Source: Eledone cirrhosa
Lineage: Eukaryota
Assembly: GCA_964016885.1 (NCBI GenBank)
Contig: OZ024742.1
Span: forward strand, 55,056,001 to 55,120,000
Reading direction: 5' to 3'
DNA length: 64,000 nt
Shown piece by piece: positions 37,049 through 47,889 of this stretch. The stretch's first letter is position 1. Each line of letters opens with the position of its first letter. Below the pieces are notes generated by a model. That model had not been told where the DNA came from, searched no databases, and was given only the letters and a program-made list of their open reading frames with translations. Both the position numbers and the translations under genes were made by a program.

Positions 37049-37741
37049 AATGCTGTATAAATAGATATTGGTGAAACAATGAAAAACTAATGTGTGTCTG
37101 GCCGATTGATAACAATAGATGAAGAACGACAGATAGAATAAAGAGACGGAGTTAATATGTTATAGCTAGACCAACACATAAATAGAAACAATCATGAATT
37201 CATATAAATCATTATACAGATAAGTAGATATTTAGATGATTATAAATACTTATGCATGTTGAAAGACATCAGAACACTTATCGGTTTATTAATCTGTATT
37301 TAACAATGACATTATTTTTCTCTCCAGCATGGACATGTCATTAGGAACCTTTCGCCAGTCTCTTCATCATTGTATATTAAGAATACATTATTCAAACTGT
37401 TTTTCAGACGTACAGATTTGTTATCCATCAAACTAAATTAGAATCACGTTATTTTTTTATAATATTATTGCCCTACAATATATGACTCACAACACGTTCA
37501 CCTATCGTCTGTATGTTGCTGTAGTTTGCATTTCAATAGTCATCATGTTTTAGTTTGATAACAGAGTTTCATTAGAGAGAATGACATTACATTTGTATTC
37601 TATCTTGACATATGGTGTCGCATGCACCTAATCACATTGGCATAACCTGACCACCGATTTCATTAGATGGAAGAATTCGCAGCGCAGACAAGTATGTACA
37701 TAAATTCTATAAATCACCGATGGTGCTATAACAAACGGAAA

Positions 37742-38800
37742 TCAACTGCACAAATTAATGCTGTTCATAAATATAATGAAGAGGAAAGGTGAGAGTACTC
37801 CTTGGTGAAGTCCGACGCCCACATTAAATGGTTTCAATTTAGCACTATTTATCCGAACACAAATACTCGGACAATATAGGACCGGTACGAAGAAGAAATA
37901 TACAGCATCATTCTTCATGCGGATTAACAAGGGACGTGTTCAGGCTTTTTCTTTGTGATAATTGTATTGTTATTTGTTACATGTTATATGTTTTATTCGA
38001 TTTTATTTGTAAACTCTAAGTCTCCTTGTCTCTTGTATTGTACCCTATATGTTGACCATCGTGCCCAGTATTGGCAGTATCAGTATAGGGTCTGACGTGA
38101 TGCTTTGCAGCAAAGAGTTACGGCCTTTTATGGTCTGAGTTCAAATCCCGCCTAGGTTAACTTTGCCTTTCATCCTTACGGGGTCGATCAAATAAAGCAC
38201 CAGTAATACACCGGCATAATTTCTGGTCTTCTGTCAAAAGTAGAAACAATTATATTATTTGTCAGTGCATGTTTTCTAAAAAACGTTCACCGATCCTGTA
38301 GTAACCGTCGTATGTATACAGTCGAGAGTACCCTATATCATTGGATAATTTCGAAGTAAATGTTCACTATTAGTAGTAAATAGAATTTTGACTATAAACC
38401 GCATATGACTCATTATTTAATGCATGATTGGTGTATTCGCTATAATGATCCCATCAAACAAAAAATTATTACACAGCATCTTAGGCAGTGCAATAATGTG
38501 TATATAAATATGTACCAGCTAAGTGTTAAACGTTTTTCTGATGTCAAAATATATTTATGGTAGAAATTCTTGAAAATTCAACGATATATATATAACATGT
38601 TTATCGACGGGATTTATGTAAATAAATATACAGAAATAATCTTCAGTGAAGTTAAACAACCAGACGCAATTCTTACGCCTACGAGATATAGGTTATTGTC
38701 TATATAAGCTTACCATGTGTATAATGAATTATGAAAAAATTCCTTTCCCGTAGCACATGGACATATGTGAACATGCATATGTAAACCAAATCCCACCCCT
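37742..38800. repeat. Old duplicated block (RTE fragment, SINE at 38070-38260 and unique flank), paralogous to about 45760-46770
   Basis: colinear similarity continues across the TE junctions and for about 550 bp of non-TE flank. Confidence 0.85.
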
Positions 38801-38829
38801 CCTATACATATATTCTAATATATATATAT

Positions 38830-40500
38830 AACAAAGGAAATGTGTTAAGGAATCTTAACTTCCCATCTGGCCACAAGTACCATAGTCTTATAAATAAGAA
38901 CACCACTAACATCTCCTACTCTACCACACCTAGCATAGCATACCACATAGCTAGTAGCAATAAAAGAAAGATTAATACTTACTTTCAACAAACTAAAACA
39001 CAGCAGTGGGTAAACTTTCAAAACAACATAATAACTGCAAACCCTGATAACAATAGTAATAATAGTAATAACACTAATGAAATCAATAGCATTAGGAACG
39101 ACAACCTTCATAGCCCTAATGCATTACTGAGCAACCAGACTTCTACACAGCATAATAACCGACAAGTTAACATCCAAAATAAATGTAACTGTAGATCTAA
39201 TAGAACCTGCCCTCTAGATAAAAAAACTGCTTAATCAAGGGCATCATTTACTCGTGCACGGTCAGCACTAACAACTCTTCTGAAACCTATATAGGCTCTA
39301 CTTCGAACTGCTTCAAAACGAGATACAGCTCGCATCTCCATTCTTTCAAAAAACACAATCTAGCCAACTCCACTTCACTATCTAGCTACATGCACTATCT
39401 GAAAACTAGGAATAGAACATATACACTTCAATGGGAAGTGGTAGGTAGGGTTGCATCGTATAAACCACCTAATAAATTCTGTAACCTGTGTCTACTAGAG
39501 ACCCATACTATAATCTTTTCGAATCTTAACCTCCTTAATAAAAAATCGGAGTGTTTGCATCGTGCCAACACCGCTTCCGACTCTCTTTCCAAAGCTTTAA
39601 ACCTAGTATATAACAATTTCACATTTGAACTTATAGCACTTCAGCTCAAGCTCTTGCCTTCCACCACTACGCCACACTCTCTGATCCACCCTTTCCTCTA
39701 CACAAGTCATTCTATCTATAACTTTATACCCTAGAAATATCCTTATAATCACCACCTTTTAATATAATTACTTTAGATTACTTATAATTGTATAATGATT
39801 GAAATATAATACAGTTTATATAAACTTTAAATATTAGATTCAACAATGAATTATATATGCATTTGTAATTAATGTATAAATTAATAACATTGGGTATATA
39901 TATATAGGATTTATTTATTAACATAAGGGATTTGTCTAACTTATATGTAATATGGAACAATGAATTATATATGCATTTATAACTAAATGGATAGATTAAC
40001 AACATTGTATATGGGAGATGAATTTGTTTACTCAAGAGATGTATCTAACTTTTCATGCAAGGAACTTTACGCTGTTTCATAGCTTACCAAGGGTTAGGTA
40101 GACAAAAATCTAATTGAACTTTTAATATGTTTAGAGACTGTATTTTAAGGTTAATTTGATATAAAGATATAGCACTTAGGGTAGGAAATTCAATTATAGC
40201 ACTATATAATAATGAGTAAACAACTTCCTATTGAAACCTTTAATACATTATGAGAGAGTAGACTGTATTTAAAATTAAATATAAATATATAAGCTTTTAT
40301 ATAAGGGACTCAATTGAGGCAACATATAATGTATGTTAGAGCAATGAATTTATTTATGAGAATCAGCTAGTTACCTCCCCTTACGCATTAGCTCTCCTTA
40401 ATCACATACCTACTTCCAGATATTAAACCGCTGTAAATCCTCGCAGCCGAAAGAACCTAGTCTATTAATATGGATTAAATAACACTGAGTTTCAATACGT
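38830..40500 (+). mobile_element. 5'-truncated PLE (thumb end, CxCx5C linker and GIY-YIG; tentatively Hydra clade) with long 3' region
   Basis: ISYS, CNCRSNRTCPL, IIY..YIGST, LQWEVV, CNLCLLE, LLNKKSE; degenerate hammerhead at about 40415-40474. Confidence 0.8.
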
Positions 40501-41017
40501 TACAATCCTTTACTACAACAAACATTCAATACAAATACATCATAACATATGTGATGGATGTGAAAACTATAACTTCCTTTTTCTGGATGTGAAAATGGTG
40601 GTGGATGTGAAAACTATAACTTTCTTTTTCTGCACACATACTAATTTGATCTATACAGAAAATACCCTCGCACTGCAACCACCATAATACTCTTGCATAC
40701 CCGCTTAAAATGCTTGTATTACATGTAATACCTTGCCACACAATACTCATATATAAATGACACATTTGCTTGCTCCGTACATGACTATCGCATACACTAT
40801 ACACTGATTATTAGACTATTCTCTTGCATTATCTGTGTTATCTGTCGCATGTATTTTAATCTTGTTTTTAAATTTTGATTTTAATTTGAATTACTGTACA
40901 AATATAGTATAGTATAATATATGTCGCATCAACACCACACTGTACATCAATATATATATATATCTGTATGTCTCTTGCGTTGGGTAGGAGGTCAATTATA
41001 TGTACAAACATTAAAAA

Positions 41018-41064
41018 TGCTCCGAAGACTCAAAGTCTAGGTTTGGAAGAAACAATTGTCAGCA
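41018..41064 (+). ncRNA. Minimal hammerhead motif with a CCGAAGA core
   Basis: tgct CCGAAGA ..stem II.. GAAAC aatt GTC agca; palindromic stem III. Confidence 0.6.
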
Positions 41065-41349
41065 AATAAATGTTTTGAACATAGCTTTGATTCTTGTGAA
41101 TTTTATATTACTGCTCTGTAAAACAACTGATGTTCTTACATTGAGCTATTTATCTTACTGGTAATAAGGTAGTAATAAATTATTGACCTTCCCTGTTTAT
41201 AGTTTAAAATATACATAACTATAAATAGTCTCCTTAATATTATATATATACATATACATATACATATATGTATATATATACACACCCACACACACACATA
41301 TATATATATATATAAATATATACATATATGTATATATATATATATATAT

Positions 41350-42850
41350 GATAAGAGGGTGTTAAAGTTTGCTTGAAGCATTGGGAAATGTGTAAAATAC
41401 GTAGTTAAGAAAGCCACAACAATGCAGAGGGAAATCTCGAGGTAGGAAGTGAATGATAGATAGGAGAAACAGGGGAAAGTGAAAATTGAGAGAGACAAAG
41501 ATGAAAACAAAACAAAGGTAGAAGGGTTACCGTAGTGGAGATTTAATCCCAATATTTCGGGCTCACGCCCATCAACGGGGGAAAGTTCCAAAAGGGGGGG
41601 AACAGGCCAAGCGGAGAAAGTTGTGATGTCGTTAAGACAGGAATGCCGTTATGGGGAGAAAATTATTTAAAATTTAAACGAGGGAAAGAAAGCGCGTGCG
41701 CGTGATAGGCTGTGGCAAAAGCTACTGACCAAATGGGTTAAATCAAGAGGGTGCGCTAGCGTGTGAAAGCCGTAAAATATGTGTGTGTAAATATATGTGT
41801 GTGTGTAACTGTGTGTGTATAAGTGTAAGTGTGTATAAGTGTGAGTGTGTGTGTGTGTGTGAAAGATAGTTGGCTGTAGAAGCTGGAAATCAAAGGGTGT
41901 GAAAGGTGGTAGGTTGTAAAACATGTGTGCGTGTATAAAAATAGGTGTGTGTGTGTAAGCATATGGGTATACATGTGTGTGTAACTGTGTGTGTATATGT
42001 GTGAGTGCGTGTGTGCGAGTGGGCTATAGAATCTGGAAATCAAAGGGTGTGAAAGGTGGTAGGTTGTAAAAACATGTGTGCGTGTATAAATATAGATGTG
42101 TGTGTGTATGCGTATGGGTATGCATATACGTGCGTGTGTGTGAAGATAGCAGGCCGTAGGCTGTGAATGGTCACTATGGTTAAGTTAGCCATGTCAGCTC
42201 ATTTCTCTCAGCCCGGTTGTTAAGTGGGGGTCTGAGGTTCTTAATAACAAGTGCTTCCTTTATCCTTAAGGATCCGATGCTGCGTTCAGTCGCTAGGACT
42301 GTGACCAAGGGTCTACCCTGTGGGTTTCCGCATTTAAGGATGTGTTTACGGAAGGAAGATGCGTTGGTGTTGATATGTTCCTTGATACGAACATGTAGGG
42401 GTCGGATGGTGCTACCTATGTAAAACTTGTTACATTTATCGCATTGAATCTTATATACGACATAGGTGCGTAGGCAATCTGCCCCCCGTATCGGGCAGTT
42501 GCTGAGGGAACACGTCCTATCTGACTCGTCGGGTTTGTTGGAGAGGCATCTTCGCAGCGAAAGTCCTGTGTGGGCCAAATGTATGTCAAGTCCCTCCGTC
42601 CGTATGGCCCTGCGGATGGCGTTCGTGGTATATTCACTCAGGTGGGGGATTTTAAAGAAGCACCTGCTTTTATTTAAGTTTCTAGTGGGTGTCTGTCTAT
42701 TGGGTCTGGGGTCTCTAATACCGTTAATCAGTCGCTTGGGATAACCATTAGATCTGAGTAGATTACGGAATTGCGTGGTATGGGTGAGAACACCCATCGG
42801 GTCGCTGCATCTGTTAGTGATCCGTGTCAGTTCATTTAGGACATAGCCAT
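41350..42850 (-). mobile_element. 5'-truncated PLE (thumb and GIY-YIG, tentatively Nematis-like) with a CA-rich 3' region
   Basis: NGYP, VVYKIQCDKCNKFYIGST.RPL..RIKEH, IKEAL..P.LN in ORF 42180-42941; hammerhead-like motif at 41547-41582. Confidence 0.85.
41547..41582 (-). ncRNA. Hammerhead-like motif with a CCGTTGA core
   Basis: tccc CCGTTGA t gggc-gtga-gccc GAAA ta TT ggga. Confidence 0.5.
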
Positions 42851-44495
42851 ATTGGGTGTGGTTGTCTTTTAGACTCCAGATATAAGCTGAAAGTGACGTC
42901 ATATTCCTTCTTAAAGGGTAACGAAAAGAATGGGTATGCATGTAAAGACGCTGCTTGAAACTATTGGCGGTTAACCCTATCTAGTACTAACTGTAATTGT
43001 AGGAATTGGGCTGATTGCCCCCTATCTGGGAAATGCCTCTCTAGTAACATTGTCTACAAATGTAAGGTTGTAACACACACGTTCCGTAGGGCCTACATAG
43101 GGTTAACCGCCAATAGTTTCAAGCAGCGTCTTTACATGCATACCCATTCTTTTCGTTACCCTTTAAGAAGGAATATGACGTCACTTTCAGCTTATATCTG
43201 GAGTCTAAAAGACAACCACACCCAATATAAATTACACTGGGAGATCCTAGCCAGGGCTAGATCGTATAACGGAAATAAAAGACCATGTGACCTCTGCGCC
43301 GCTGAGGCCCTGGAAATACTCTACGCCACAGACCACATCTTAAACAAAAAATCTGAGACAATTTCGGCTTGTAAACATTAATTGCACAACACTTTCCTGT
43401 ATTACAGCCCCACGTTATACCCTAACGGATAGCACGATCTATACGTGGATATTTTACGTCCTGATGTGGGAGCTAAGTATATGTTTTGTTTATTCCTTTA
43501 CTTATTTGCATAGGTAAGTATATATTACCCGTATGGTTTGTGAAGGTATGTATACCTTCTCGTACGTATATTTGACTGTTATGGCGTATAATTTTTAAAT
43601 ATTCTGGTATTTAGGGTTTGGCTATGTGTATACGGGAGTTTTGCGTCCGCGTGAGTATGCAGGTTCGTACGTATGGTGGGTGTGTGTATATGTGTACTTC
43701 TTGTTTTAGATGACTTACGTCTCCGAACATTCGTGTATTTATATGTAGGTATGCGTGTGCGCTTGTTATATACGTATTTATTTACTTATATACGTTTATA
43801 TAATTATTTATTTATTTGTACACAAGCATACACACACACACATATTTATATGTGCGTGGTTTTGTATACCTATGGTAAGGTTTTGCGTATGCTTGTGTAT
43901 GTACGTATCTCTTTGCGTGTATGTATTTATTTGTTTCTATTACTTCTGTATTGTATTTATTTACTTTGTTCTTAACTCTGTAGCGGAGATTCATTTGGTC
44001 TCCTAGTTAGAATTTTAGTCTACGATTTCTGCTATACCATTTACGTGGTTTTGTCTTTGCGTGCTATTGTTCTCCACGCTCCACATATGACATATTATCT
44101 TCGTTTTTTCGTTCATTGCCAGAGAACGTCTCTATGCACCACCTAAGAGAACATTAGTCTACGACCTCTTTTATACCATAAACGTGGTTTTGTCTTTGCG
44201 CGTAATTGTTTTTCACCGCTCCTATTAATGACGTATTATTCGTTTTTCCCCGTTCTTTGCCAGCGAACGTTACCACGAACCAAAGTATCGTCTTCCTGTC
44301 TTCCTCCGGTTGCACCGTTTTTTGAAATATCCAGTTCTGCGTTTACAGATTGACTTTGTTAGTTTCAGAAGATCCCGTTAAGGGTGAAAGCAGCGATTCT
44401 TTGCTTAAACTTTAATCTGTTATTTTAATAAATATTTGCTCTACGGTTCTTATATATTTGATATATATTTTCCTTATCGAGCCCTCTTTGGATTT
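42849..44495 (+). mobile_element. 5'-truncated PLE GIY-YIG fragment with an inverted 5' segment (42849-42980 inverted at 43097-43228) and pseudo-LTR
   Basis: YIGLTANSFKQR..H..SF..TSLSAYIW..WEIL..CDLC..LNKKSE..CKH. Confidence 0.8.
44361..44411 (+). ncRNA. Hammerhead-like motif with a CAGAAGA core and full stem III
   Basis: agttt CAGAAGA t ccc-gttaa-ggg t GAAA gca-gcgattctt-tgc TT aaact. Confidence 0.55.
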
Positions 44496-44911
44496 TAGTC
44501 TTCAATTTTATTATTATTACTATATATATATATATATATATTCTTTTGCCACAAGATGCTTATAAAACTGTTGTTTAAGCAAAAGGTTGTAGAATCTGAG
44601 GAGTCGTTCAGTCTATTAAAATAACATAATTTGTTGACAGTAGCCTTATGGGTCAATCCAGAAGAATCAGACACAAGTTTAACCGAACGTAAATTGTGAA
44701 TATAAATGACCATTGATATGTATACTGACGCTAAAATGATTCTTCAAATCCACCACCAATGTTGGGAAGATTTACACCGTGGTTTACCCATGTGTATTGC
44801 TCAATATACAAATAAAATTTTGAGAGAATTTGTAACAAATTATTTCTTATCTATTAAATCCAAAAATCATAACCTGATTTATTATTTTTCATTTGGGTAA
44901 AAGACATGCAG

Positions 44912-45900
44912 ATTCTTCTTCTTCTTCCACTTATACCTGCGATGGTCGTGGGGCCGACTTCTCAGACACTCGTTGCAACGGTCATGTCAGAAGCAACCAT
45001 TTCTAATTGTTTTTTTTTTATCCCCAAGTGAGACCAACAAAGCTCATAGATGTTATCCAACCATCTTGCTCAGAGTCTAGCCCTAGGTCTCCCGCCCGTT
45101 AGTTTTGCCCTTAAAATCTGTCCAGTTATTATTTTCTGAGATATTCTAACGACATACCCATAGTATAGGATATGTGATATCTCAATTCGGAGATGTAGCG
45201 GCTCAACCTGGAGTGATTCTCTGATCTTTGAGCTATGCATTCAATCGAATAAGATTACTCAAAAGAATCCCCCTCTCCGGAGCAACTCCATTTTGGCTTC
45301 TTTTATTCGCTATCGTATTCTTTCGGTCATTACCCATGATTCATGATGATAGGTTTGGCATGAATACCAAATCGAAGCTAGCGAGTTCAGCTTTTAAAAC
45401 TACCACCATTCTTCTGATTACTGAATGTTGAAGCTGTACTAGCTCCTGCAGTTCTTGCACTTAATTCAGCCTCTTGTCTTCCATTCCTCGAGAACAGGAC
45501 CGAGATATACTTAAAATTATTTACCTTCTTCAGTGGGAATCTATTCACATGTAGATTGTACTGTGCAAAATTCATTGTGAGGACGCGTGTCTCAGTTTTC
45601 ACAGCACTGATTTTCATTCCAGTCTTGCAATATTCGGCATCAAACCTATTGAGTGCAAGTCAGAGATCATCTTCGGTCTAGTTAAGTAGCACCATGTGTG
45701 AAATTCCGTTCGATTGATTTTACACACGCCAGTCATGATACCATTCCAACCCGGCTGCGATTGTCAACTCTTTTCATAAAAATAACGATCAGGAGAGGTG
45801 ACAGTACGCACTCTTAGTGGTGTCTGACGCCCACATGGAATGGTTTTTATTTAGCACTATTTATCTGAACAGAAATACCCGGTCAATACGAAAATAGTCA
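44912..45900 (-). mobile_element. Decayed RTE-clade LINE 3' part with a (GAA)n tail
   Basis: GVRH..VLSPLL, MKIS..KTE, V..FKY, GRPRARL relics. Confidence 0.75.
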
Positions 45901-46047
45901 CACAGCATCGTCCTTCGTACGGTTTAACAATGGATGCATTAAGGATACTCTTTGATATAATTGTATTGTTATTTATTTTTTAAACCTTGTCGTTTGTAAT
46001 GTCTCCAACATGTCGGCCTTCGTGCCTAATAATGAATATTATTATTG

Positions 46048-46250
46048 TTGGCAGTATTGGTAGTGGGTCAGACACCATGCTCTGCAGCAAAGAGTTACCG
46101 TCCTTTATGATCTGAGTTCAAATCCGCCGAGGTTAACTATGCCTTTCATCCTTACGGGGTCAATAAAATAAAGCACCAGTAATACACCGGCATAATTTCT
46201 GGTCTTCTGAGATAATTGCTGTCCTTGTGCCAAAAGTAGAAACAATTATT
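46048..46250 (+). mobile_element. tRNA-derived SINE
   Basis: TGGCAGTATTGG A-box-like, GAGTTCAAATCC B box, shared core. Confidence 0.85.
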
Positions 46251-46797
46251 GTAAGTAAATGTTTTCTAAAGATTTTCAACCATACTATAGTAACCGTCGT
46301 ATCTATACAGTCGTGTGTAACTGATAACCTTTTCGAAATTTCGAAGTAAATGTTCACTATTAATAATACATAGGATATTGACTATACACTGCATATGATT
46401 CTTTGATTTAATGTATGATTGGTGTATTCGTTATAATAATTCCACCGAACAAACAAACAATTAATACACAGAACATTGAGCAGTGCAATAATGTGTATGT
46501 AAATATGTAGGAGCTAAGCATTAATGGTAGGAATACTTGAACGTTCAACAATATATAACACAGTTGTCAAAGGGATTTACGTAATGTAAATAAATATAGA
46601 GAAATAATGGTCAGTGAAATAAAACCAGACACAAATTCGTACGCCTACGAGATACATCTCTAGAAGCTTATCATGTGTATAATAAATTATTAAAATATTC
46701 CTTTCCCGTAGCACATGGAATATCATGCGAACATATTGCCTCTCTAAACGAATGCCACCCTCTCCCAAATCAAGAATATTTATATATTATATATACA

Positions 46798-46831
<34 letters not shown>

Positions 46832-46835
<4 letters not shown>

Positions 46836-47119
46836 AAAGAGATGAAATCGAAAATGCAACTGAAGTCTTATTTTTAAAAAAAATATATATATTTATTTGG
46901 TTCCTTTACCGGTTTCGCAGTTCTTCTGCTTTTCAAAAGGTGAGTTGAGATGGAGGGTCTGTGGTTTTTCTCACATGTGATAAAAACCACAGACCCTCCA
47001 TCTCAACTCACCTTTTGAAAAGCAGAAGAACTGCGAAACCGGTAAAGGAACAAAATAAATATATATATTTTTAAAAAAAATAAGACTTCAGTTGCATTTT
47101 CAATTTCATCTCTTTTTCT
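46832..47119. repeat. Near-perfect 288-bp palindrome carrying two hammerheads (46903-46940 on -, 47011-47048 on +)
   Basis: centre TCACATGTGA at 46971-46980; cctt TTGAAAA gcag-aagaa-ctgc GAAAC cg GTA aagg. Confidence 0.92.
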
Positions 47120-47449
47120 TTATACTTCCACTCGTGTAGGACACCTCGGTTATTTTTCATTTTGTAAAAAAAACCTCACTTTCTAATATATATATATATA
47201 TATATATAAATAAGTAAAAATATACATGTAAGTATGTATGTATGTATACGTACATACATATATGTATACAGACGTACAGTAGTATGTATATATATACACA
47301 CATGCACACATATATATATGCACGCATCGGTTTACCGAACATTTATTATAATGCTCGGTTTGTTTGTTTGTAAACAAACAAACAGCCCGGATTATGCCGT
47401 ACAGTGTTTAGGCCACCACGTCACCTTTTTGTTCAACACTGACACAGCA

Positions 47450-47492
47450 ACGATGTACTAGTTTCAAGCTTATTGGCTATCGTCAGCATCGT
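47450..47492 (-). ncRNA. Canonical minimal hammerhead ribozyme
   Basis: acgatg CTGACGA t agc-caataa-gct t GAAAC ta GTA catcgt. Confidence 0.8.
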
Positions 47493-47835
47493 ATAGCTTC
47501 CTGCCAGATGGTTGAACGTCTGAAAGGATATACTTTCCTTATGCATATTAACGGCTGAGCAGCCTAATTTGCATATCGAGTGAGTTCAGTCAACCGAGCA
47601 CACCGAAAACGATAAATGGTATAGAATGAAATGAAATTTCATTTCTCACTCTTAGTACGGCATTTACTTAAATGTAAGTATGTATGTATACGTACATACA
47701 TATATGTATACATACGTACAGTAGTATGTATATATACTAAGAGTGAGAAATGAAATTTCGTTTCATTTTATACCATTTATAGTATATATATATATATATG
47801 TATGTGTACATATGTATATAAACATATATATATAC

Positions 47836-47887
<52 letters not shown>

Positions 47888-47889
47888 AT

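Noticed and set aside
36555-37700. Acceptor-like sites (36657 on -, 37327 and 37666 on +) as exons
   Set aside because: Short frames with no recognisable product; such sites are common in AT-rich DNA
41780-42110. Spaced direct repeats (also at 39840-40015 and 44015-44265) as a CRISPR-like array
   Set aside because: Two-copy tandem duplications in PLE 3' regions; eukaryotic context with no cas genes
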